DNA of 64,000 bases, from assembly GCF_964355755.1 (NCBI RefSeq), contig NC_092680.1, positions 930,001 to 994,000 on the forward strand, written 5' to 3'. The stretch comes from Antedon mediterranea (taxonomy: Eukaryota; Animalia; Echinodermata). The notes beneath the pieces were generated by a model. That model saw nothing but the letters and a program-made list of their open reading frames with translations, was not told the origin of the DNA and did not search any database. The translations under genes were made by a program, and so were the position numbers. Positions 26,703 to 40,400 of the stretch are shown here, in pieces (the first letter of the stretch is position 1; every line of letters begins with the position of its first letter).

Positions 26703-28461
26703 TTCCCAAAAGTTTCAAATATTCTATTATTAGGGGGCGCGCGGTATACATTTTATATCTGTACGCGTGAACTTTCTATCAATTGGAACTAAATACAGCC
26801 AGGAAAATAGTACCTTCCTTATATAAATTACAAACGTGTGGGGCCTAATGGTAATATTAATAATATAAATAAAATGTAAGACTAAAAACTCTCAGTAATA
26901 AGTAGTCTCAGTAAAAATTATTATTATTCCAAAAATTCCAAAATCATTCATGTTACCTGAAATATTAATATCCCTTTGCCTGAAACAAGTGTTGTCAAAT
27001 CCTTAGAGGGCGCTGTGTACTTAAAAATTAACAAGAATATAATTTGATAACTAAACAAGGCCTGTCTGATATTTTATAATTTTAAAGAAAAAGAAAAATC
27101 TTTGTAGTAAGCGCAAATTCATTCAGGAATTTAGGTTACCTAAAACGGATATTGCTGAAAATAATCACGAACAAAAAAGTATCACGGAGAAATAGGCCTA
27201 TGAACTAGTTTATCAAACACGTCACAAATAGGCCTATGAAAAAACAATTTTTGTTTGTGTTTATATTATCTTTATTTTAAAATAAATGTTAACTTTTTTG
27301 TTTAACCAGTTGTCAAGCACTTACTTGCTACGTTTCGGCTATTTTCAGTAGCCTTTGGTCACACAAATGACGTTGACATGATGTTCTGTCAAGTAAGTAC
27401 TTGACAACTGGTTTAACACATTTTATTTTTAAATATCCATTTGAAACCAGATAAAAGAAATTGAGAATATATTATCTTTTTTTATTATTAAAGTTACATT
27501 TTAAAACTGTTTTATTTTAGGTCTAACTTATGATTGATTTACTATCAATCACTCAGATCAAATCAAATCAACATTTATTTTGTTCAAATCACGTTTATTG
27601 GAAATTTTTATTGAACTGAATAGATCCATTTAGGTTGCTAAATTGGTAAATTCTGCTATTTTTCATTCGATTTACAGTACATCCACCAACATGTTGTTTT
27701 TGGAAAATTTAATTGAGGTAAATATATTTATTTAGATATGTTGCTATTTTGTTTAGAAATATTAAATTTTAATTATAGGGTAAATAGTTTTTGATGCATC
27801 GGTTTTGAATATCATTGTAGGATTCCAGCGCTATATCAAAATTAATCAACTTATCATGTTCTTGGATCCACATTGTTATACCCCTATCATTGGTATAATG
27901 TAGTAATATTCATTCATGCTTAGATAGGTTATACTTTCGTTTTCATAGCCTTTGGCATTTCAATATCTTGCGATTTAATACGTCAGTTTTTGCATGACAC
28001 AGCGGGGGAAGACGTGTAAAGAGCACTTGACTACTGCATCGATTTGTATCTTGGGTGTCACGATGCATTCACTACCATGCTGTGTTGACCGTAGAAGGAA
28101 TGTCACATAGAACTAACGTAAGGAGGAGGAGAAGTTGCTGATCCACTGATGAAGACAGGCAAACTAACTACAGCCTACCTATCATCAATATTAATTAATG
28201 ATGATGATGTTATTTTAGTCAAAGGCAAGCAAGACAATTTCAAATTATACTATATTGGATTGGATATTTTATTTGGACATAGCCTATAAGGAGTTATTTT
28301 TAGAATGAAGTTGACTAACGGGTTGCAAAGGTTGTTTGATGCATATGTTCTAACATTGGTTATGTTTTAGCATAGGTATAATACTATACCATAATAAGAT
28401 ACATGGACATCGGATGTCTTAATTTAACTCTTCGAGATGAAATAGAAGCTGTTGAATCATC

Positions 28462-31400
28462 ATGAAAAGAATACCTAGAATTATAATTGTTTGTTTGTTA
28501 GCCGGTTTTGTAACAAGTGGATTTAGTAGCACCATTAGCAGCTTTGAGGAGCTTGGCGGTAAACTTACTCAAAATACTACTTTAAATGATTCATCAAGCG
28601 CATATACAGTTTCCAATACTTTGGAAATTTTAAGAAATGTAACTTTAACTATAGAACCGGGGTGCCGGCTACAATTTCAAAATGGAACTGGAATATCTGT
28701 TAGGGGAAGTTTAGTCGTTCTGGGTACCACTGAAAACCGAGTTGTATTTGAACCGATTGAAAGTGTTTCTGCAGCTTCGAAGCATAAAACGGTTGCAGCT
28801 GATATTAAGCTTAAAGGTGGAGCATCTCCGAATGAAGGGCGGTTAGAAATGTATTTAGACGACGGGCGATGGGCGTCGGTTTGTAGCGCTAGTTGGGACG
28901 ATGTTGTAGATTCGAGCCTAGCGTGCCGCCTATTAGGCTACACTGCAGGTGTAATGCATCCAGTTGTCATTGATGACGATGAATATTGGCTTGACACAGA
29001 AAATGATTGGTTGGCAGATTTTAATTGTTATGGCAACGAGACTTCCTTCAGAGATTGTGCAACAGAGAGTAAAGATTATGGCTCTTATTATGTATTTGAT
29101 AATAATGAATGTAAGTAAAACATGGAACCTAATTTGGATAAATATTTCCATAACTTTATTTTTTTCATACTTTTGCATTTTTTTTTAATTGGATCGAAAG
29201 AAAAACCCAAAGTTTTTGTTACGTTAGTATTCAAATGAGTAAATTTGTATATAACAATGAACATTATTTATACAATTATTGCATAATTTGCAATTTTATT
29301 TACAGGTAGGCCTACAGAATTGTCCATTTACAAAATAGTCTTCTTCCTTTCTCAGGTTATAATTAAGAGATAATGTCCAGTGATTATGTACAGATTAATT
29401 TCCAAAAAATGGCAACAACAAACTCATGAAACATGTTATTTTACTAAAAATGTAGAAATGTGTGTATGTTTCATGTTTACATTGTTTAGCAGATCATTCG
29501 TTTAAACTTATTAAGCACTTATTATTTCTGGTAATATTGCCAATCTTTATTATTATTTTTTTTTTTTTTAAGGGAAGATTGTTGACAGTAAAATCCAATA
29601 TATTTATAAAAATAAGAATTAAGGAATTTTGCTCTCTGTATTAGGTGATGGGCGATCGATAGTTAATTTAAAATGCGAAGGAGGCACAGAACGGCACTAC
29701 AACAATGCTACCTGGACAGGGATAACATGGGATCATGCCGATTATGATGAATATTTACAGGACGGTGTTAAAAGTTTCAAATCAAAATCATATCTACAAA
29801 ATCTGGATGTTTTCGGTGCTGGAGTAACGGGTGATTTTCATCGACGACCTGCGATAGAGTCGTACGGCATACCACCAAGTTTTAACTCTGTTCAAGTTAA
29901 ATACTCGTTTGGCGATGGAATAGACATCAAAGATGCACCGTCCGAAGTTGAAATAATGGACAGTATTTTCTCTGACAATTACGGACTAGGTTTATTGGTT
30001 AGTACGGCAGCAGCTGGTAATGTGTTAATACAGACATCGGAGATTAGTCGAAACGGATTAGGTGGATTAAATCTCGGCTATAAGCCTACATCAAATCCTT
30101 CAAACATTTTAAAAACATACGATGACCTCTGTAGTATTAATTCTGGCGATAGTTATCCTGTGTATATTGAAAGCGAGTCGGGCAGGGATTGCACTACGGT
30201 ATGTATAACTAAATATAGGCATACATTAGTCAGAATTATTTTGGTAATAATCACGTGATCATGATTATCATTGTGTTGTTATCACCATCGTCTTACCATT
30301 GAGATGGTAAAAGTTCCATTCGGTCTAAAAAAATGAATTAGTATGCCATTAGTAAGATAAACTCGTCGTTCAAAGTTGCAGGCGCTAGGATACGGAATAA
30401 CCTACCAACTGAAATTAAATATCCCTTCATTCAAAGCTAGATATCGATCTTATTTTTTTTTCTCACAAAACTAAACATTTGTTTTTTCTGATTTTGTTTG
30501 TATTCCAGACAGGACCACAATGCAAACCTGATTGTGTAATCCTGTATAAAGATGTTGTTAAATAAATAAATATCAGTGGCCTACTGTATAATATAAAACT
30601 TTACTTCAAGTTTATTTACAAAAAAAAAAATATTGTTTTAGCTAATAACAATTATCGTTTATTTTATGAAGGTTTTTAGTGCACCTGGGGACCAGAAACT
30701 ACATTTACGAATTTATAAAAGATTTGGATATTTAATTCAGCTACGAGATGGTGACAATTCAACAGCACCCATTATCGCTACTACTTTCAGTGCCGAAATA
30801 CATGTTGTTAGCACGGGTTCGTCTCTATGGGTGAGAGCTAAACATCTAGGCTTCGGGAAAAGTCTACAGATATTAATCACAGTCTACAAAGGTATTGTAA
30901 ACTTAGAATGCTGTTATTCTCATGAACACCCGGTATCAAAGGATCCCGAATACAGCATCACATGTGTTCCATGTGTATAGCCGAGTATCACAGACCATAA
31001 CATAACCCTTATATGATACAGGCACCACATGTGATGCACATGATATGCGGTATTATGGAATTTTCCTACGATACTTGAGAAACCATTATTATCGTACTGT
31101 ATAGTATGTGGAGATACAGTTGTTGTTTAAAGCTTTGTCTACATTATCAAATTTATGTGACAAATAATGTGATGATGTCATATCACTACAATATTTAGGC
31201 ATATTTGATCACATCACACGTTTTTGTAAAATTAGTTTGATAGTGTAGACATATCTTTAAGCCTAAATTGGAAACAGGCTACTTCCACTACTGTCATTGT
31301 TCGCTGTCTTTATCTTAAGTTAAAACACTATTTTATTTATTCACACAGAAGCTGCCAAAACGTTTGAGCTGAAGGATGTGTATGTTCATAGTAATCAGTT

Positions 31401-34400
31401 TGCTGGCATGACTGCAGCGTTGGGCTCGTCGTCCATTTCAATCAGTAACTCATTTTTTCTTGACAACGAGTTGGATGGTGTTAAGATACAAGATGCTGAC
31501 GACATCAGCATCGAGTCAGTTGCAGCTGACAGAAACAAGTTGTCAGGTATTGCAATTCTTACCGAGAACGCTGACGTCAGCATAACAAACTGTTCGTTGA
31601 ATTACAACGACATTGGTTTGTTCTGCCAACGAACGTTCCGAATCCAGAATGGCAAAATGACAGTTTCTTTGACAGAGTCAACCATACGAGATAATAACAA
31701 ACAAGGCATTTTGTTAGATTCATCAGAAATGATCATGGACGTACGAGACAACTATATTGCGGAAAATAGTCATGGTGGGTTGGTTATAGTAACATACAAA
31801 CCAATCAGTACTATGCTATCTGTAGTTCGTAATGTTTTTGAAGACAACAGTCACGTGTCCATTGATACTGGAAAAGCTGACATCACTAAAATACACATAG
31901 AAAACAACTTCATGTCTGCTGCCGCCAGTTTCTCAAGTGAATCTCTTATTGCCAGTAACTATTCAAACTGCCCCGGATGCTACTTGCGAATAGTCAATAA
32001 CACTCTTCATTCAAGTTTGGCAGAAGTTGCCGTCCATATTGAAGCATCAGAGTCCGGTGGTTCAGCTTCGATCTCAAACAACGTGTTTCAAAACATAACT
32101 TGCAGACACGTGATAAAAATTTCAAGTGAGACAGACTCGCCACCTAATTTTGGTCTTGTTTCAATACAAGAAAATAATTTCATTGACAACTCACCCTTAC
32201 TAAAGGAAGGTGAAAATCGTGAGACGAGTTCTTTATTATTGGCAGTTTCAAATGTATTTCTACGTCATAACTTCTTTCTAGATGTTTTTGAAGTAAAGTT
32301 GATTGTTCAGTACACAGATCCAACAGCCATCATTCCCGCTCAACTCAACTGGTGGGGATTTGATGATGAAAACATGATTAAAAAATCGATTATTGATAAA
32401 CTAGATCATATGAACTTGGCAAGTGTTGACTACTTCCCCTATTTATTGTCTGCTAATAAAAGCGACGTGGTAAAAGATCGGGTGGTAGATAATTCAACAT
32501 TCATTCGAAATGGAAATGTTCTTGGAGGTTTGATGACCATGAATGTAACACTGGAGGCTCAACCAGACCCGTTCGTTGTCGACAAACATGTCATTGTCTG
32601 CCATGATTGTGTTCTTAAATTGGAACCTGGTGTACGTATCAAATTTAATCCTTACACAGGAATTCAAGTTTATGGTAGGATTGACCTTTCTGGTGATATT
32701 GGCAACCAGATTGAACTGTCATTAAATGTACTGTCTGAAACTGTTGAAAAATCTACTTATAGATTGGCTGTCGGTTCAGATAGTTCAGAAGGTATTTTGT
32801 TAGAAAACCAGAAAGGAAGCTGGCAACCTTCGTGTGTCGCTAACGATGACGAGATTCTACAAAATATTTGTAAAGATCTTGGCTACCAAGGCATGATGGA
32901 ATATGAATATTTAGAGGATGGGCCAGATGGTGTAAAGCATACAGTGTGTCCAAACACAAATATTAACTGTAACCCATCAGCCGCAGGATTATCTAAGCCA
33001 TGCAAGAGCGGTAGCCAAGTGTATCTTAAGTGTGTTCCAATTAAATGGGCAGGGATTCGGTTGTTTACCAACGCGATGCCTTCAACTATGAACAACGTGG
33101 CCATACGTGACGCTGGTAGTCACTTTGATGGCGTATTCCAAATAGTTCCTGCAGTTCAGGTGGATTATTACAGACACTCAATAAATAACATCATTATTTC
33201 AGATTCCCAAGCAGGGCTGATGGTCTTAACGTCTGATCCGTTTAGCACGGTTGGCCAACCAACCAACGTAAGCGTACATGGTTGTCATGACGAAATGTAC
33301 TCAATTAAAGCCATCTTTCCACCTTTAATCCTGTCAAACATCACCGTACGTGACTGCAGTCGAGGAGTTCTTTTCGAAGGATTTTCCAGTACAAAACTAA
33401 TCGAATACAATGAGAAAATGATAGCCACTGTGTCACAACATCAATGTTTTGGCAATATTTCTCTAAGTCGTAATGGTATCGTGTATTTTTCATTGGAGAA
33501 TGGAATGAGTGAAAACAGACAACTTTGCGAAGACACTATTTACACAGATGATGATCTTGTGATCGGCGTACATTTGGTACGCGCAAGTTTACTTAAAGAT
33601 GAGTCATTCGCAGTGTATGATGGGATTGAAAGCAATGCCGAGGAGTTGATTACAGTAACCGAGAATAACCAGGGCACATACGCTTTTATTTCAAAAGGAT
33701 CAACTATTGTTCTAAGGTTCACAAGTGGTCTGGAACCACTCGATGTTGGACAACTTGTTGTCGTCATTCGTGCCTTGCCAGGTAATTCACCCGATTCTGC
33801 AGCTGTCATAAGATAGGTTCTAAAGCCCTGTCTACACTATCAAACTTTATGTCTATATCAAATGTGATATGCCCATATATGGACATGATGATGTCATATC
33901 ACTACCATATTTGAGAATATCACTACCATATTTGGGCACATCACACTTTGTTTGTCAAACTAGATAGTGTAGAAAGAGCTTTAGAATCTATCTCATGATA
34001 GACCGAGCTTGACTGAGACTGAGAGTCAGTTAGAAACCTGTCTAGATGTATTATATAATGTTTTCTGTCAATAGGTTGATATTAACTGACAATTGACAGT
34101 CATCTAGATACGAGTCTAGGTGTATAAGTATTTTTAATACATCTTATCCCCGACACTTTAGTTAATAGTATGTTAGAGGCATCTAACAAGTGACAGCTGC
34201 ACAAAACTTAATAATAGTAATAACCAACAAAGTAATTATGCATGAATTTATTTTTCATATAAAGTAAATACATCATATTAAACAGTACAACAAACACAAA
34301 TATATTATACATAATTAAACGTACTTATTGTTTCGTTGCAGCTGATTCCATTGTCAGTTCTCAAGAAGTCTCTCAATTCTGGCTCTCAAACTTCGATTTC

Positions 34401-37400
34401 GATTTATCAGGGGATGAATCTGGTAGTGGTGTCGAAGTCAACAACCTAGAACGTCATCACTCGTTGAATATTAGCCAATCAACGATGCGATTAAATGGAA
34501 TAGCCAATGGAATGACAATTCAAGGTTATGGAAGCGTGACCATAATGGATGTCGTCATTTCGGACGTTGGAACTGGAATCCAAATGGATTCATTTGCTGG
34601 AGAGTTTACAATGACTGATTCTGATTTGATAGCAAGTGAAGTAGGAATCGAAATCGCTGGACGTTACACGTCTGGTGAAACAACTCACATTATTACACGT
34701 GTATCTTTTTCACGTATCACCAACAGCTCATCAAGTGCAATACACGTCAGAGACGAACAAAAACTTAAGAAAGTATTAAATATTAAGGGATGTAATTTTA
34801 CCGGAAATTACGTCACGGTTAGACTTACCGGTTGTAACGAAACTGTATTTATAGAAGATGTTATCATTCTTCAGAGCATGCGCGGCATTGAAATGAACGA
34901 TTTCTCTGGGAGTATATACGTAAATAATAGTTTTATCTCGGCTAGGGATCGTGCACTGGACGCGTCCAGCACAACGCCATTCCTTAGCAACGTGTTTGGA
35001 TACATTGGCAATACATACTTTACAGGTCACACGTATCTCGTTATGCATTTGCGCGAATTTTCAACAGCCCAATCGGTCAAACGGACTCGTAATTGGTCAA
35101 TTGTCAATTGTACATTCTATAAAAATGCAAATGTTATTAAGTTAGACACTGCCGCCTTCGCCGAGAGACGGCAATCGTTATTGGTTTCTAGATGTACGTT
35201 TAAACAGAACGAAGGCACGTTGATACATTTAATGGATGGCTCAGTAGAGGCTAACCTTGTTGGCAACTCTTTCATAGGCAACGAAGGCTCTGCAATTCAA
35301 ACAGGAATACTAAGAAGTCAATCTATATTAAATATATTGAAAAATGTGTTTATTAACAACGTAGCTGGTATAGACGATTTTGTACGGATATCCGGCGACA
35401 TTACCACCGTACAGATATCTAACAATCAGTTTATAGGCAACGTGGGCCACAGTTTGATATATGTAATTGACCGTAGACAAATACACCGTTCAAAAATATT
35501 ATCTGAAAGTTTAATAGTTACATTTAATAACATTACTTCAAATAAACCTGATTCAAAACACCCGGGCGAAATGTCATGCGCAATCAAGATTGACGTCCCA
35601 CGTGGTACGGTGACCCACAACGTCTTAAATAATGATGAATTCTTGTTGGAAATCTGCAGTAATGCCTTACTTTTCGATGAATCAGTTGACTTCATAAATG
35701 CAACTTACAATTGGTGGGGTGTAATAGATGATGACGTCATTGAGAATAGAATCGTTGATATCGGTGACCGCAATGACATCGTTAGCATCGAACATTCCCC
35801 GTTTCTAACTTCTAATGACGTATATGGAAAGGACAATTTCATGGATAGCAGTTTGTCATTAGATGTCAATAATCGAGTTTCTGGTGGGAAAATTAAAGGT
35901 GAAGTTAAATTGACTTTGGGTCAAAGTCCGTATGAGATTAAAAGTGACATTACTGTACTACAAGGATCAATATTAACAATTGAAGCTGGCGTGGTTTTAC
36001 AATTTCACCCTAATATTGGGATGTTGGTGCTTGGAGATTTGGTAGCTGAAGGAGAAGAAAATAATGTTATTAAAATGGAGTCCATTCGCAGTAAAATGAA
36101 AAATAGCCCAACCTTACAGCTAAGCGGTGGTAAAACTCCAGCTGAGGGGCGTTTGGAGATTCTTATTGATAATAAATGGACTAGGATATGCAGACAATCG
36201 TGGACAATGGCCGAAGCTACCGTAGCATGTGGTCAGATGGGATACGCACCCCCAGCGCGTAAACAATGGTCGACAAATACGTTTAAGGAATCGACTTCAG
36301 ACATTAGCAATACAACATTTAGTTGCCGGGGGAATGAGTTAGATCTTAACGATTGTTCAATGAACAGTACCTTATGTATAGACGATTTCGATGTAGGCTT
36401 GATGTGCGTGACGTCATCAGAAACGCAGATGAGATTAGCCTGGGGTGGTCTTCGTATAATGGAAACGTCTGTAGTTCAAAAGACGGGTACTTTAGTAAGA
36501 ACATTCAAAGATAAAACTGTAATATTACGATATGTAGACATTTACGACGCAGGTCATTTGCATAATAATGACGTAGCAGCCATAAGTTTGAGTCACACGA
36601 GCCCTATTATCGAAGACGTCAGGGTTTTAAACTCCGTGTCTATAGGAATTGAGATTTTAACACCTTTGCAACCGTTTAGTATGGAAAGAGTTTTGGTGAA
36701 TAACAGTGCATCCCATGGTATAACATTAACGCGCGGGACTGACGTAATAGACGTGGCATTCGATAGCATCGAACTGCTAGGAAACGACATCGGTTTACAA
36801 ATTGTGGATTTCACAGGTGGATTATATGCAAATGAGTACGTCGGGTTGCATGACATTTGTTCAATGAACGACGTGACTGTAAATGATTACTTAATGGGTT
36901 ATTTTGATAGGTATTCCGAATCAAATTCTGAATGTACCGTAATTATACGTAGTGCGGATACTGGTACGCGTCTTAATGTTGCCGTGCGACGGTTACGCTT
37001 CACGCCTGGTAAAGATACTCTGACGTTTTACGAAGGTAGTGAGTATGATGGAGTGGTCTTAGGACAGTTTTCGCAGTCATCAACAAACGATATACTGACG
37101 CTGGAATCGAAAAGTGATACTATTACGTTAAAGATGTTGTATTCTGCAGGATCATTTGAAAGATATTATCTCTTTGAAATAACAACGAAAATCGAAGGTA
37201 AGTCCACAATAATCTTTATCAAGATACTACACTTTTTAATAAACTAAGTTACTTTTAAAATATAAGTTACTGTACTGACCATAGCGCTTTGTGGTATTAA
37301 CAATGTTGTTGGTGTAATTCATGTTTCCGTGCTAGAATCAACAATCATACTATTAATGTTGACTAACTTATCGACGGAGGTCTTAATTAATCTGATTTAT

Positions 37401-40400
37401 TTACCATTTACGATCATGTCCCCGTCTCGTATATTGGTATTGGTATTGGTATACCGCGCATGTGTACACGTGAACCATTTCTTATCTTCGTTATTAATTT
37501 ATGCTTTTATGTAATATATTTAATTTGCAGGTGAATTAAGTCACATTATATCTACGTCAACGATAGCGCATTCAAAACGCGCCGGCATCTTATATACCGG
37601 CTTAAGCACGTCTCTTGAGATGAGCCAGTGCCGTGTGAACAACAACAATCAAGATGAACTATCGCCGAACAAGAACGCGGCTGTCCACGTCATCATGAAC
37701 GGTGGAAACCTGAACATATCTCAATGTATATTTGAACACAATGCGGTTGGAGCTCTCTCAGTTGACATTGGGAGATCAAACGAAGTAAAAGCAAAACAAA
37801 TGTCGATACATGTTACTAATAGTGAATTTGCGTCCAACATAGGTGTTTGCATCATCAATGTATCTTCTCATTTCGAAGCCCAGATCGATAAGGTGAATAC
37901 GTTGATCAGCGGAAACATAGTTGAAAACAACACGGCTGCAGTGGATAGTAGCGTGATTGCAATATCTGGTGTGCAATTAATCTTCGAGGAGAACTTGGTT
38001 AAGGAGAATATTGGCAAGACACTCGACTGGACTGGCATCAAATCAAATGACAATCTTGTAATGTTTAAAAATTCTTTTTTCTTTAACAACGCTAGAAGTG
38101 GGCCAACAATTTCTATAAATGGAAAAGGGTCCCAATTCTTTTTAATGCAGAATTCATTTACTGATCTCAATAACTTTGTAGAAATCGAGGCAGTTTTCGA
38201 CGATAACACGAACAAACGACTAAATGCTGCCCACAATTGGTGGGGAATGACGTCACCAGAACTGATTGCAACGCGAGTGGAAACTGATAATGGTGAAAAC
38301 CAGGGAAATATTGAAATTGTCACTAAGCCGTCGTTGCAGACGCCTGCATCTACAGTTTACGATTGTAAGTTAGTATGCATGGTGAAGCTTGTGACGACCT
38401 ATGACCTACCACCTGACGTCATATTAATTATTTACGCATATACGTTTTAGTTTGATTTGGCTATTTTGGTCAAATCGTCTGTCACGTCTATTCTTAGTTC
38501 ATTTGACGTCGACCTTGTGTATATCACAAACATTTAAACCTTTTTTGGGGTGCACGGTCCGATAAATCGGTTTTATATATATTACTTTTAGACCCATGAA
38601 CTCCATAATGATTGAAGGAGGGTGAAAGTTACAATCACGCTTGAATTTTATGTGGCAACATAATCATTTTATAATAACAATTACACAATCCAAAATAATT
38701 CATTATTATTATTCTTTATAAAAAAAGATAGTTTTAAAAAAGAAGCTGCAATTATGTTTTCAAATTACACGAATTAATAATCCTAATGTCCACTATTTTC
38801 TTGTAGTTGATTGCCCAATAGGGTTCACGAAAATTGGACTGTACTGCTACCAGTTGCGAAACAGTGTACGAAACTATTCCGAGGCTGTTAAAACTTGCAA
38901 CGTAAGTATACATTTTGTATACTGTTTTAGCTTTTGTTTAAATAGTTGAAATTTTGCGTCAGTAAACTTACCGTAAATAGAGGAACTTCCGCCAAAGCTG
39001 AACAAATACAATATGTCTCGTACGAAAATCTCTCTTAAATCAACATACAATGCTAACCGAAAAAAATATAGATAATCGAACGTAAAAACTAAAGTACATC
39101 TTTAATTTTCAAAAACAATTTCAATTGAAACCCTATTTTGTTATGAAAAATACAGAGATGTTTTCCATCACATGACACACTCAACACTACCTGGTTGTGG
39201 AACGTTTAATATGCAGAAAACAAGTTAATAAGCATAACATTTTACCACAATTAATTTCAGAAACTATCAGCAGTTATCACCAATACTGATTACATCGACC
39301 TGAACGCCGTGAAACATCTCATGATGAGTAAAGAATCACCAGATATTGTTTGGCTGTATAAAGATTCCTACCAAACCAAAAGTAAATTGGATCAGGTAAG
39401 TGACACACCAACATAACAACATCCAATCAATAGCGCGTATTCGTGTTGCGCGTATGCGTGTGGCGCGTGTGTGTATCGATGTGATGGCGCTAGTTACACT
39501 CCGTTACGCGTGATTGGTTAATAGAATGATGTAATGCATAAACGACATAAATCTATAATTTTCTTTTCATAGTTACTTGTTAAACATTTTTTTTGTTTTA
39601 GGATTGCAAATCATATGACCCAGTCACAAATTCAACGAGTGTAGAAGCTTGTAATCAATGGCTATCGTTTGTTTGCAAAACATTTACAGGTAGGCCCTCT
39701 ATACTGTGATTGAACGCTACTATCACTTTACTGTTTTTCTTGAAAAAATTAAATTTAAAGACAGTGTTATAATAAGCCCATTGTTTTGAAAGCATAGGCC
39801 TACCTCCATTTTAAATATATCTATTTTGGAATAATAAGAGCATTAAATGCAACACATTTTAGACCCATTCCTGGATATTATAGATACAAGCTCAAGTAGT
39901 ACACGTATGAAACGCCATATGTGCCAACATATTAAATCAAAACTCCCTCTGGAACCCAGACTATAGATTTTTAAACAGTTCCATTTATGTAACTTGATTG
40001 TTATTGTTGTCATTAGTGGGAATGTGCCATGTACCTGAATCGCATTCAAATACTGCAGACGATGAAGATGGGTCCGGCAACGACCTATTCACCTGTGAAG
40101 AAGTGAGCAGTTGCTCCATGAGAGGTCGATGTATAGCACCGAATCTGTGTCATTGTTACGTTGGTTTTCAGGGTAAATCATGTCGAAACAATGCGCCTTC
40201 AAACGAACGCCCGCCACTTTTTACCGGAGTACAAAACCTCATTTCGATTGCAAAAAAGTCACCAAAAGGAACATTCGTTGCACATCTGAAAGCCACTGAT
40301 ATAAACTATGAAACAAATGAACAGTTTTGTTTCTATCTTGTACCGAATAAGGTCTCGGAAAAAGTACATTTAAATTCAAATTCCGGAATGATTCATTTAA

